Below, in pieces: positions 36,206-45,830 of a DNA stretch of 64,000 nt (positions within the stretch are counted from its first letter, which is position 1; each line of letters begins with the position of its first letter). The DNA is from Myxococcota bacterium (GTDB lineage: Bacteria; Myxococcota_A; UBA9160; UBA4427). A program made the translations under genes and the position numbers. The notes beneath the pieces are model-generated. The model was not told where the DNA came from. It was given only the letters and a program-made list of their open reading frames with translations, and searched no databases. The stretch lies in contig OZ252299.1 in assembly GCA_965250285.1 (NCBI GenBank), forward strand, positions 2,944,001-3,008,000, read 5' to 3'.

Positions 36206-37375
36206 ATGGATCTCTCTTACACGTCGAAGCACGACGCCTTTCGCAAAGAGGCGCGCGCCTGGCTCGAGGCGAACGTGCCCTCCGAGCCCCTCGAGACCTT
36301 CGACAAGAAGGACGGCTTCGAAGCCCACCGCGCGTGGGAGAAGAAGCTGAACGAAGGCGGCTGGGCCATGGTGCCGTGGCCGGTCGAGTACGGGGGCCGC
36401 GGCGCCGATCTGCTCGAGTGGCTGATCTTCGAGGAGGAGTACTACCGCGTCGGCGCGCCGGGGCGCGTGAACCAGAACGGCATCTTCCTGCTCGGCCCGA
36501 CGATCATGGAGTACGGCACGCCCGAGCAGAAGAAGCAGTTCCTGCCGACGATGGCGTCGTCGGAGACCGTCTGGGCCCAGGGCTGGAGCGAGCCCAACGC
36601 GGGCAGCGACATGGCCAACATCCAGACGACGGCCGTGCGGGATGGCGATCACTATGTCGTCAACGGGCAGAAGACCTGGGCGAGCCGCGGCGCGTATGCG
36701 CACTGGCTCTTCGGGCTCTTCCGGACCGACCCCGAGTCGAGCCGACACAAGGGCCTCACCTTCGTGCTGTGCCCGCTCGACGCGCCGGGCGTGACGGTGC
36801 GGCCGATCGAGAAGATCAACGGCAAGGCCGCGTTCGCCGAGGTCTTCTTCGACAACGCGAAGGTGCCGGTCGAGAACACGCTCGGCGGCGTGGGCGAGGG
36901 TTGGAACGTCGCGATGGCGACGGCCGGCTTCGAGCGCGGCCTCATGCTGCGCAGCCCGGCCCGGTTCCAGAGCACGGCTCAACGACTCGCCGACCTCTAC
37001 AAGCGCACGGTCAAGGAAGGGGGCGACGTCGACCCCGCTCTGCGCGACCGGGTCACTCGCTGCTGGGTGGCCGCTGAAGCGTACGCGCTCAACACCTACC
37101 AGACGGTGTCGCGGCTGCTCGCAGGCGGCAAGATCGGCGCCGAGGCCAGCCTCAACAAGATCTTCTGGAGCGAGCTCGACATCGAGATGCACGAGTGCGC
37201 GCTCGCGCTGCTGGGTGTACGCGGTGAGCTGGTGCCCGGCTCTCCCGGTGCCGGCGACGTCGGCCAGTGGCTCGACGGCTTCATCTTCGCGCTCTCGGGG
37301 CCCATCTACGCTGGCACCAACGAGATCCAGCGCAACATCATCGCCGAGCGCATCCTCGGCCTGCCGCGGAAATAG
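36206..37375 (+). CDS. fadE31: Acyl-CoA dehydrogenase (FadE31-like)
   Basis: EWLIFEEEYY..GAPGRVNQNGIFLL, WAQGWSEP, SGPIYAGTNEIQRN. Confidence 0.75.
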   Translation: MDLSYTSKHDAFRKEARAWLEANVPSEPLETFDKKDGFEAHRAWEKKLNEGGWAMVPWPVEYGGRGADLLEWLIFEEEYYRVGAPGRVNQNGIFLLGPTIMEYGTPEQKKQFLPTMASSETVWAQGWSEPNAGSDMANIQTTAVRDGDHYVVNGQKTWASRGAYAHWLFGLFRTDPESSRHKGLTFVLCPLDAPGVTVRPIEKINGKAAFAEVFFDNAKVPVENTLGGVGEGWNVAMATAGFERGLMLRSPARFQSTAQRLADLYKRTVKEGGDVDPALRDRVTRCWVAAEAYALNTYQTVSRLLAGGKIGAEASLNKIFWSELDIEMHECALALLGVRGELVPGSPGAGDVGQWLDGFIFALSGPIYAGTNEIQRNIIAERILGLPRK

Positions 37376-37389
37376 GGACGGACGTCGAC

Positions 37390-38448
37390 ATGCAGTTTCT
37401 GTTCAGCGAAGACCAGGAGATGCTCGCGCAGACGATCCGCGACTTTCTCGCGGGCGAATGCACCGCCGAGCACGTGCGCGCGCTGTGGGAGACCGAGACC
37501 GGACGATCGCCCGCGTTCTGGCAGCAGCTCACCGAGATCGGCCTGCCCGGGCTGCTCGTGCCCGAGGAGCACGGCGGCCTCGGCATGAGCGAGGTGGACG
37601 CGACGCTGGTGTTCGAGGAGACCGGCCGCGCGGCGCTCGCCGAGCCCTTGATCTCGACCGCCGCCGTCGCAGCGCCCCTGCTGCGTGAGATCGGCGGTGA
37701 CCTGGCGGCGACCTGGCTGCCGAAGATCGCGGCGGGCGAGGCCATCGTGGCCGTCGGACACGCGCAGAGCCCCTTCGTGGCGGACGCGCATGTCGCGCAG
37801 CTCCTGCTGCTCCCCGATGGCGACGATCTGCACGCCGTCGATCCGGCGAACGTCACGCTCACGGCGCAGACGAGCAACGACCAGAGCCAGCGCCTGTTCA
37901 GCGTCGAGTGGACGCCGTCGGGCGACACGCTCGTCGCCGAGAAGACGGTCGGCGCCGCGCTGCAGGCCGCCGCGCTCGACCGCGGCGCCCTCGCCAGCGC
38001 CTCCGAACAGCTGGGCGTGTGCTCGACGCTCATCGAGATGGGCGCCCTCTACGCGACCCAGCGCAAGCAGTTCGGCGTCGCGATCGGCACGTTCCAGGCG
38101 GTCAAGCACCGGTTGGCCAACGCCAAGGTCCAGCTCGAGTACGCACGCTCGGTCGTCTACCGCGCCGCACACTCGGTCGCCGTCGCCGCACCGACGAGGG
38201 CCGTCGACGTCTCGATGGCGAAGGTGACTTCGAGCGACGCCGCGACATTCGCGGCGAAGGAGTCGCTCCAGGTGCACGGCGCCATCGGTTACACCTACGA
38301 GCAGGACCTCCACGTGTGGATGAAACGCGCGTGGTCGCACGACCTCGCTTGGGGCACCAACGCATGGCACCGCGGTCGCCTCGCGGCCGCCCTGCTCGAC
38401 GACGACGGCCCGATCGCCGCCTTCGGCTTCCAGCCCCGGGCGGCCTGA
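37390..38448 (+). CDS. fadE32: Acyl-CoA dehydrogenase partner subunit (FadE32-like)
   Basis: RKQFG..IGTFQAVKH, LQVHGAIGYT.E.DLH.W; follows the fadE31-like gene. Confidence 0.7.
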   Translation: MQFLFSEDQEMLAQTIRDFLAGECTAEHVRALWETETGRSPAFWQQLTEIGLPGLLVPEEHGGLGMSEVDATLVFEETGRAALAEPLISTAAVAAPLLREIGGDLAATWLPKIAAGEAIVAVGHAQSPFVADAHVAQLLLLPDGDDLHAVDPANVTLTAQTSNDQSQRLFSVEWTPSGDTLVAEKTVGAALQAAALDRGALASASEQLGVCSTLIEMGALYATQRKQFGVAIGTFQAVKHRLANAKVQLEYARSVVYRAAHSVAVAAPTRAVDVSMAKVTSSDAATFAAKESLQVHGAIGYTYEQDLHVWMKRAWSHDLAWGTNAWHRGRLAAALLDDDGPIAAFGFQPRAA

Positions 38449-38523
38449 CGCCGACGCCCCTCCCTCATCGGGTATCTTTCCCGGCCCTTCGGGCGGGCAG
38501 CCCGAAGCCTCAAGGAGCCCCCC

Positions 38524-38955
38524 ATGTCGACCCCCCAAGCCCCGGCCATCGAGGGCTGGTTCTCGAACGACCCCGAGCCGCACCTGATCGGCACGCGCTG
38601 CAAGGTCTGCGGGACGTACTACTTCCCCGGCCAGCGCGACTTCTGCCGCAATCCCGACTGCTTCTCGACCGAGTTCGAAGAGGTGCGCCTCTCGCGCACG
38701 GGCAAGGTGTGGTCGTACACGAAGCACTTCTATCAGCCGCCCGACCCGTACATCGTCGATGGCGAGTTCGAGCCGTACACGATCGTCGGCGTCGAGCTCG
38801 AAGAAGAGAAGATGATGGTGCTCGGTCAGCTCGCCTCGGACGCCGACGAGAGCGTCCTCACGGCGGGCCTCGAGATGGAGCTCGTCATCGAGAAGCTCTA
38901 TCACCAGGACGGCACCGACTACACCGTGTGGAAGTGGAAGCCCCTCGCAGGCTGA
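38524..38955 (+). CDS. Zn-ribbon + OB-fold (DUF35) protein
   Basis: CKVC...YFP...CRNPDC, GKVWSYT; precedes a thiolase-fold gene. Confidence 0.88.
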   Translation: MSTPQAPAIEGWFSNDPEPHLIGTRCKVCGTYYFPGQRDFCRNPDCFSTEFEEVRLSRTGKVWSYTKHFYQPPDPYIVDGEFEPYTIVGVELEEEKMMVLGQLASDADESVLTAGLEMELVIEKLYHQDGTDYTVWKWKPLAG

Positions 38956-39022
38956 GCCACCGCCGGTCCACCACGCTCACGCATCTCGCGCGCGAAGCGC
39001 GCACCCTGAAGGAGAACCCATC

Positions 39023-40210
39023 ATGGGCCACGAAGTCGCAGTGCTCGGTGTCGGCATGCACCAATGGGGCAAGTGGGGCAAGAACTTCGTCGAGTACGGC
39101 GTGAAGGCCGCGCAGGACGCGCTCAAGGATGCCGGCCTCGACTGGCGCGACATCCAGCTGATCGCCGGCGCCGAGACGGTGCGCAACGGCTACCCCGGCT
39201 ACGTCGCGGGTGCGACGTTCGCCGAGGCGATGGGCTGGACGGGCGCTCGCATCTCGAGCTCGTACGCGGCCTGCGCATCGGGCGCCCAGGCGATCAACGA
39301 CGCTCGGGCCCAGATCCTTGCCGGCTTCTGTGACGTCGCGCTGGTGATCGGCGCCGACACGACGCCCAAGGGCTTCCTCGCCCCGAACGCGGGCGAGCGC
39401 TGGACCGACCCCGACTGGCTGCGCTTCCGCCTGATGGGCTGCACGAACCCCACCTACTTCGCACTCGCGGCACGCCGGCGCATGGACGTCTACGGCGCGA
39501 CCGAAGAGGATTTCGCGGCGGTGAAGGTCAAGAACGCCAAGCACGGCATGGCGAACCCCTACGCGCGGTATCACAAGGAGTTCACCATGCAGCAGGTGCT
39601 CGAGTCGCCCATGGTGGCCGACCCGCTGCGCCTGTTCGAGATCTGCGCGACGAGCGACGGCGCTGCGGCGTGCATCCTGACCAGCATGGAGTTCGCCAAG
39701 AGCCGCAACATCGATCCGATCAAGGTGAAGGCGGTGGCAACGACGACGCCGACGTTCCCCTGCACGACGCTCGAGATGCCGAACATCTCGACCGACTCGG
39801 CTGTCGCGGTCGAAGAGCCGCTGCGGCCCTTCAAGGCCAGCATCGCGCACGACGCATACGAAGAGGCCGGGCTCGGCCCCGAAGACATGTCGATCGCCGA
39901 GGTCTACGACCTCAGCTCGGCCCTCGAGCTCGACTGGTACGAGAACCTCGGCCTGTGTGGCGAGGGCGAGGCCGAGAAGCTGCTGCGCGACGGCGCCACG
40001 AAGATCGGCGGGCGCATCCCGGTCAACACGAGCGGGGGCCTCGCCTGCTTCGGCGAGGCCGTTCCGGCCCAGGCCGTCGCCCAGGTCTGCGAGTTGACCT
40101 GGCAGCTGCGCGGCGACGCGGGCGCCCGCCAGGTCGAGGGCGCGAAGGCCGGCATCACGGCGAACATCGGCCTGTTCGGCCACGGCTCGTCGGTCATCTG
40201 CACCAAGTAG
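39023..40210 (+). CDS. Thiolase-fold 'lipid-transfer protein' (SCP-x/Ltp-like)
   Basis: GMHQWGKWG, YAACASG, ICATSDG, EVYDL, VNTSGGL..FGEA. Confidence 0.85.
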   Translation: MGHEVAVLGVGMHQWGKWGKNFVEYGVKAAQDALKDAGLDWRDIQLIAGAETVRNGYPGYVAGATFAEAMGWTGARISSSYAACASGAQAINDARAQILAGFCDVALVIGADTTPKGFLAPNAGERWTDPDWLRFRLMGCTNPTYFALAARRRMDVYGATEEDFAAVKVKNAKHGMANPYARYHKEFTMQQVLESPMVADPLRLFEICATSDGAAACILTSMEFAKSRNIDPIKVKAVATTTPTFPCTTLEMPNISTDSAVAVEEPLRPFKASIAHDAYEEAGLGPEDMSIAEVYDLSSALELDWYENLGLCGEGEAEKLLRDGATKIGGRIPVNTSGGLACFGEAVPAQAVAQVCELTWQLRGDAGARQVEGAKAGITANIGLFGHGSSVICTK

Positions 40211-40249
40211 AAGCAACCGGCGCGCGGCGCGCGCCGACGGAGAATCGAA

Positions 40250-41401
40250 ATGCCCGAAGCCTATATCGTCGACGCGCTGCGCACGCCGGTCGGTCGCAAG
40301 AAGGGGAGCCTCTCGCAGGTCCACCCCGCCGACCTCGGCGCCCACAGCCTGAAGGCGCTGATGGACCGCACCGACATGGACGCCGGCGCCGTCGAGGACG
40401 TCGTCTTCGGCTGCGTCGACACGATCGGCCCCCAGGCCGGCGACATCGCCCGCACCTGCTGGCTGGCGGCCGGCCTCCCCGAGCACGTGCCCGGCACCAC
40501 CGTCGATCGCCAGTGCGGCAGCGCCCAGCAGGCGATCCACTTCGCGGCCCAGGCCGTCATGAGCGGCACGATGGACGTCGTCGTCGCGGGCGGCGTGCAG
40601 GCGATGAACCTGATCCCGATCTCGGCCGCGATGTACGCCGGCCAGGAGTACGGCTTCGAGAACCCGTTCACCGGCAGCCCCGGCTGGGTCGAGCGCTACG
40701 GCGACGGTGAGGTCTCGCAGTTCAACTCGGCCGACATGATCGCGAAGAAGTGGGACATCTCGCGTGAAGACATGGAGCGCTTCGGCCTGCAGAGCAACGA
40801 ACGGGCGCTCAAGGCCATCGCCGACGGTCGTTTCGAGCGTGAGATCGTGCCGGTGGGCGACTTCGCCGTCGACGAGCCGCCGCGCGAATCGAGCCTCGCG
40901 AAGATGGCGACGCTCAAGACCCTCCAGGAGGGCGGCCGCGTCACCGCAGCCGTGTCGAGCCAGATCGCCGATGCGTCGGCGGCGCTGCTGATCGTGAGCG
41001 AGCAGGGTCTGAAGGATCACGGCCTCACGCCGCGCGCGCGCATCCACCACATGTCGGTGCGCGCCGACGATCCCGTGTGGATGCTCACCGCGCCCATCCC
41101 GGCCACGGAGCACGCCTTCAAGAAGACCGGCATGACGAAGAACGACATCGATCTCGTCGAGATCAACGAGGCGTTCGCCTCGGTCGTGATCGCCTGGCAG
41201 AAAGAGTCGGGCTTCGAGGACGAGAAGGTCAACGTGAACGGCGGCGCGATCGCCCTCGGTCACCCGCTCGGCGCGACCGGCGCACGGCTCATGACCACCC
41301 TGCTCCACGAGCTCGAGCGCACCGGCGGCCGCTACGGCCTGCAGACCATGTGCGAGGGCGGCGGTCAGGCGAACGTCACCATCATCGAGCGACTCGGCTA
41401 G
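40250..41401 (+). CDS. fadA6: Acetyl-CoA acyltransferase (FadA6-like thiolase)
   Basis: DRQCGS, IPISAAM, NEAFA, GHPLGATG, MCEGGG; HIP-operon context. Confidence 0.8.
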   Translation: MPEAYIVDALRTPVGRKKGSLSQVHPADLGAHSLKALMDRTDMDAGAVEDVVFGCVDTIGPQAGDIARTCWLAAGLPEHVPGTTVDRQCGSAQQAIHFAAQAVMSGTMDVVVAGGVQAMNLIPISAAMYAGQEYGFENPFTGSPGWVERYGDGEVSQFNSADMIAKKWDISREDMERFGLQSNERALKAIADGRFEREIVPVGDFAVDEPPRESSLAKMATLKTLQEGGRVTAAVSSQIADASAALLIVSEQGLKDHGLTPRARIHHMSVRADDPVWMLTAPIPATEHAFKKTGMTKNDIDLVEINEAFASVVIAWQKESGFEDEKVNVNGGAIALGHPLGATGARLMTTLLHELERTGGRYGLQTMCEGGGQANVTIIERLG

Positions 41402-41503
41402 CCGCAGCGACACGCGTCGTCGGCGGCGGCCCACGGCCAGCCGAAACACACCGGATTCGACGCGATCGGGCGAAGAGCCCGATGGCGTCGAAGGAGAGAG
41501 AAC

Positions 41504-42403
41504 ATGATCTGTGAGGGACGCGTCGTCATCGTGACCGGCGCAGGCGGCGGCATCGGCCGCGCCCACGCCATCGCCTTTGCGGCCGAAGGCGCGAAGGTCG
41601 TCGTAAACGACCTCGGCACCAGCAACCACGGCGAGGGCGAGAGCGCCGGCCCCGCCGAGCAGGTCGCCGAAGAGATTCGCGCGATGGGGGGCGAGGCCGT
41701 GGCCAACGGCGCCGACGTGGCCGACTTCGCCGAAACCAAGCAGCTCGTCGAGCAGGCGATCGACACGTTTGGTGGCCTCGACGTCGTGGTCAACAATGCG
41801 GGCTTCCTGCGCGACCGAATGTTCATGTCGACCAGCGAAGACGAGTGGGACGCCGTGGTCCGGGTTCACATGAAGGGCCACTTCTGCACGTCGCGGCACG
41901 CCGCCGAGTACTGGCGCGGCCGCAGCAAGGCCGGCGAGACCGTCGACGCCCGCATCATCAACACCAGCTCGGGCGCCGGTCTGCAGGGCAGCGTCGGCCA
42001 GGCCACCTACTCGGCGGCCAAGGGCGGCATCGCGACCCTCACCCTGGTGCAGGCCGCCGAGCTCGGCCGCTACGGCGTGACGGCCAACGCGATCGCCCCG
42101 GCGGCGCGCACGCGCATGACCGAGGCGATCTTCACCGACATGGCGGCGCCGGAGGACGGCGCATTCGACGAGAACGCGCCCGAGAACATCTCGCCGCTCG
42201 TCGTCTGGCTCGGCTCGGCCGAGAGCCGCGACGTCACGGGCCGCGTCTTCGAGGTGAAGGGCGGCCTCATTGGCACGAGCGTCGGCTGGCATGACGGCCC
42301 GATCGTCGACAAGGGCAGCCGCTGGGCGCCCGACGAGGTCGGTGCGGCCGTGCACGAGGTCATCGAGAAGAGCCCCGCGCCCCAGAAGGTCTTCGGCACC
42401 TGA
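41504..42403 (+). CDS. SDR family oxidoreductase
   Basis: TGAGGGIG, NNAG.LRDRM, YSAAK. Confidence 0.9.
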   Translation: MICEGRVVIVTGAGGGIGRAHAIAFAAEGAKVVVNDLGTSNHGEGESAGPAEQVAEEIRAMGGEAVANGADVADFAETKQLVEQAIDTFGGLDVVVNNAGFLRDRMFMSTSEDEWDAVVRVHMKGHFCTSRHAAEYWRGRSKAGETVDARIINTSSGAGLQGSVGQATYSAAKGGIATLTLVQAAELGRYGVTANAIAPAARTRMTEAIFTDMAAPEDGAFDENAPENISPLVVWLGSAESRDVTGRVFEVKGGLIGTSVGWHDGPIVDKGSRWAPDEVGAAVHEVIEKSPAPQKVFGT

Positions 42404-42461
42404 GCCCCGGCGGCGAAGCCGAACTGCCCCTCCCCGCAAGCGCCCCACCGAGGCAAGACCG

Positions 42462-43601
42462 ATGGATCTGAAGTTCAACGAAGAGCAGCTCGAGCTGCGC
42501 GCCATGGCCGAGAGCTTCCTCGAAGAGCACTCGGGCAGCGAGCAGGTTCGCGCGGCCGCCGAGAGCGAGCTTGGCTACGACGAGAAGGTCTGGGAGCAGG
42601 TGGCGACCGAGCTCGGCTGGGCGGCGGTCCACATCCCCGAAGCCTACGGCGGCCTCGGCCTCGAGTACGCCGATCTCGTGGCGCTCGTCGAAGTGATGGG
42701 AGGCGCCCTCTTCTGCAGCCCCTTCTTCGGCACCGTCGCGCTCGGCGCCAACGCCCTGCTCGTCGGCGGCGACGAGGCACAGAAGCAGCAGTGGCTGCCC
42801 GGCATCGCCGAGGGAACGACCCGAGCCACGCTCGCGGTCGCCGAAGAGAATGGACTCGCGGGGGCAGAAGGCGTCGAGGCCAGCTTCACGCGGGAGGGCG
42901 ACGATTTCGTACTGCGCGGCGCCAAGCGCTACGTGGTCGACGGTCACGTCGCTGACCTGATCATCGTCGCGGCGCGCGCCGAGGGCACGACGGGGCGCGA
43001 GGGCATCGGCCTCTTTCTCGTGCCGGCCGACTCGCCCGGCGTCGAGCGCCGCGCGCTGCCCACGCTCGACCAGACCCGACGCCTCGCCGAGGTCGTGCTC
43101 GACGGCGTGCGTGTCGGCGCCAACGCCTCGCTCGGCACGGCCGGCCAGGCCGCGCCGATGCTCGAGAAGACGCTGCACCTCGCGGCCATCGCCCTGGCCG
43201 CCGAGCAGGTCGGAGGCGCCGAGCGGTGCCTGCAGATGGCGGTGGCGTACGCCCAGGAGCGCGAGCAGTTCGGACGTGTGATCGGGTCGTTCCAGGCGAT
43301 CAAGCACAAGTGCGCCGACATGATGGTGCTCGTCGAGGCAGCGCGGTCGGCGGTGTACTACGCCGCGTGCGCAGCCACGGACGACACCGACGAGCTGCCG
43401 GCGGTGGCCTCGCTCGCGAAGGCATACTGCTCCGACGCCTACTTCCAGTGCGCCGCCGACAACATCCAGATTCACGGCGGCGTCGGCTTCACCTGGGAGT
43501 ACGACTGCCACCTGCACTTCAAGCGCGCCAAGTCGAGCGAGAGCCTGCTCGGCGATCCGCCCCACCATCGCGAGCAGGTCGCGCAGGCGATCGGGCTCTA
43601 G
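42462..43601 (+). CDS. Acyl-CoA dehydrogenase (FadE33-like partner subunit)
   Basis: REQFGR.IGSFQAIKHKCADM, IQIHGGVGFTWE..CHL.FKRA. Confidence 0.85.
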   Translation: MDLKFNEEQLELRAMAESFLEEHSGSEQVRAAAESELGYDEKVWEQVATELGWAAVHIPEAYGGLGLEYADLVALVEVMGGALFCSPFFGTVALGANALLVGGDEAQKQQWLPGIAEGTTRATLAVAEENGLAGAEGVEASFTREGDDFVLRGAKRYVVDGHVADLIIVAARAEGTTGREGIGLFLVPADSPGVERRALPTLDQTRRLAEVVLDGVRVGANASLGTAGQAAPMLEKTLHLAAIALAAEQVGGAERCLQMAVAYAQEREQFGRVIGSFQAIKHKCADMMVLVEAARSAVYYAACAATDDTDELPAVASLAKAYCSDAYFQCAADNIQIHGGVGFTWEYDCHLHFKRAKSSESLLGDPPHHREQVAQAIGL

Positions 43602-43603
43602 CG

Positions 43604-44380
43604 GTGGACGCCCTCGACTTCTCGGGCAAGGCCGTCATCGTCACCGGCGGCACGAAGGGCGTCGGGCGCGGCATCACGACGCGCTTCCTCGAGCAGGGCG
43701 CCGACGTCGTCGTCTGCGGGCGCAGCGAGCCCGATGCGCCGATCCAGGCGGGCGGACGCGAGGCCCGGTTCATCGCCGCAGACGTGCGCGACGTCGAGCA
43801 GGTGCAAACGGTCGTCGACTTCGCGAAGGAACGATGCGGACGGCTCGACGTGCTCGTGAACAACGCGGGCGGGGCACCCGAGGCCGATGCCGCGACCGCC
43901 TCGCCTCGATTCACCGAAGCGATCGTCCGCCTCAACATGCTCGCGCCGATCAACTTCGCGCAGGCGGCGAACGCGGTGATGCAGAGCCAGGACGAGGGCG
44001 GCTCCATCGTGAACATCGCGAGCGTATCGGGCGTGCGCCCCTCACCCGGCACTGCCGCCTATGGCGCGGCCAAGGCAGGCCTTCTGTCGTTCACGACGAC
44101 GGTCGCTGTCGAGTGGGCACCCAAGGTGCGCGTCAACGCCGTGACGGCGGGCATGATCCGAACGGAGCAGGCTCACCTGCACTACGGTGACGAAGAGGGC
44201 ATCGCAGCGGTCGGCGCGACCGTGCCGCTCGGCCGCATGGGCGAGCCCGACGACGTCGGCGACACCTGCCTCTATCTCGCGTCCCCCCTCGCCCGCTACG
44301 TGAGCGGCGCGAACGTGCTGCTGCACGGCGGGGGCGAAGCGCCGGCGTTCCTCGCGGCGGCGAAGAACAAGAGCGCCTGA
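43604..44380 (+). CDS. SDR family oxidoreductase
   Basis: TGGTKGVG, NNAGG, RPSPGTAAYGAAK, EWAPKVRVN; GTG 43604. Confidence 0.9.
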   Translation: MDALDFSGKAVIVTGGTKGVGRGITTRFLEQGADVVVCGRSEPDAPIQAGGREARFIAADVRDVEQVQTVVDFAKERCGRLDVLVNNAGGAPEADAATASPRFTEAIVRLNMLAPINFAQAANAVMQSQDEGGSIVNIASVSGVRPSPGTAAYGAAKAGLLSFTTTVAVEWAPKVRVNAVTAGMIRTEQAHLHYGDEEGIAAVGATVPLGRMGEPDDVGDTCLYLASPLARYVSGANVLLHGGGEAPAFLAAAKNKSA

Positions 44381-44403
44381 ACTGCGACCACAAGGAGCCC
44401 CCG

Positions 44404-44865
44404 ATGGCCACCGTCTTCGAATCACCCAAAGACCTGATCGGCAAGGAAGGCACCGAGCTCGGCGTGAGCGACTGGCTCGAGATCGACCAGGAGCGCATCA
44501 ACACGTTCGCCGACGCGACGGGCGACCATCAGTGGATCCACGTCGATCCCGAGCGCGCGAAGCAGGGCCCGTTCGGCGCGCCCATCGCGCACGGCTACCT
44601 CACGATGTCGCTCGTGAACAAGTTCCTGCCCGAGACGGTCGAGGTGCGCGGCATCTCGATGGGCGTCAACTACGGCTCGGACAAGCTTCGCTTTCCCGCG
44701 CCGGTCCCGGTCGGCTCGCGCATCCGCGGTCGGTCGGAGCTGATCAAGGTCGAAGAGGTGAAGGGCGGCGCCATCCAGGCGACGATCCGCGTGACCGTCG
44801 AGATCGACGGCGGCGAACGCCCCGCCTGCGTGGTCGACACGATCAGCCGCTACGTCCCCGCCTGA
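44404..44865 (+). CDS. MaoC family (R)-hydratase
   Basis: FADATGDHQWIHVD, IAHG, VNYG...RF. Confidence 0.9.
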   Translation: MATVFESPKDLIGKEGTELGVSDWLEIDQERINTFADATGDHQWIHVDPERAKQGPFGAPIAHGYLTMSLVNKFLPETVEVRGISMGVNYGSDKLRFPAPVPVGSRIRGRSELIKVEEVKGGAIQATIRVTVEIDGGERPACVVDTISRYVPA

Positions 44866-45791
44866 TCCGACCGCGCGGCCCCAGCGCCTGCGTCAGGCCG
44901 CCGGCCCTTTCGAGACGCCGCCGGCCCTTTCGAGACCACGGCTCGAGGCGGTGCGGGCACCGCGGTCGCCGCGCGTGCGCCGATGAAGAGCGCGTCGCGT
45001 TCGGCCTGGGGCACGAACGAACCGGCCCAGCCGACGCGCTGCCGGGCCGCGCGCAGCCGCTGGGCATCGTCGACGAAGAACGCCTTCAGCGTCTCGATCG
45101 ACGCCTGCACCTCGGCGCGATCGAGTCGGGCACCGCGCTGCTCGAGCAACGCGTCGAAGAGCCTGGCCAGCAGTGCATCCGACTCCCCATCGAGATAGCT
45201 TCGAATCGGTTCGAGCCAGCCCCGACCCAGGCGGCGCACGGCGACGAACCGCGTGCCCTTGGCCGCCGGCAGCTCGGGCAAGCGGCTCTTCGGCTCGAGG
45301 TGACCGATGTGCCCGCACAGCGCGACCAGCGCATCGAACGCCTCCCGGGCGCGCCAGCGCGGCCGAAAGCAGCCGTGCCATCGCAGGTCGAGATGTGCGT
45401 AGGCATCGAGCTGAGAGGCGATGCAGAGCCAGGTCTGGCCCTCGACCTCACCGGTCCCGATCGCCGGGTAGAGAAAGTCGTACGCGCCATCGACGTTGTA
45501 CTCGGGCCGGAGCTCGCGGATCAGCTCGTTCTCGCGCAACAGCGCGCTCGTCTCGGTGTCGCAGGGCCGCACCTCGAGGGTGTGGGCGACGCGCACGAGC
45601 TCGCGCATCTTGCGGTGGGCCTTTCGGCGGCTGGCATTGCGGTACTGCGCCAGGCGTCTGCGCACGTTCTTGGCCTTGCCGACGTAGAGCACCGCGCCCT
45701 GCTCGTCTCGAAACAGGTAGACGGCCGGTGCCTCGGGCAGACTCCGAAGCAGATCGACGCCGAACTTTCGGTCGAAGCGACGCAGCCCCAT
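44850..45791 (-). CDS. GIY-YIG nuclease (UvrC N-terminal-like) with unrecognised C-terminal part
   Basis: LPEAPAVYLF, LYVGKAKNVRRRL, ALLRE..LI....PEYN. Confidence 0.8.
   Translation of the reverse strand: MGLRRFDRKFGVDLLRSLPEAPAVYLFRDEQGAVLYVGKAKNVRRRLAQYRNASRRKAHRKMRELVRVAHTLEVRPCDTETSALLRENELIRELRPEYNVDGAYDFLYPAIGTGEVEGQTWLCIASQLDAYAHLDLRWHGCFRPRWRAREAFDALVALCGHIGHLEPKSRLPELPAAKGTRFVAVRRLGRGWLEPIRSYLDGESDALLARLFDALLEQRGARLDRAEVQASIETLKAFFVDDAQRLRAARQRVGWAGSFVPQAERDALFIGARAATAVPAPPRAVVSKGPAASRKGRRPDAGAGAARSDQAGT
44897..44936. repeat. Perfect 20-bp tandem duplication
   Basis: GCCGCCGGCCCTTTCGAGAC x2. Confidence 0.95.
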
Positions 45792-45830
45792 CGATCGGCA
45801 GCGTAGGCGATCGTCGACCTCTGCGCGCCC

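Noticed and set aside
38885..42505. 1206-aa minus-strand ORF and similar long shadows (e.g. 33423..35834, 15325..17460, 8336..10393)
   Set aside because: Stop-poor antisense frames expected in high-GC coding DNA; the opposite strands carry clear family motifs.
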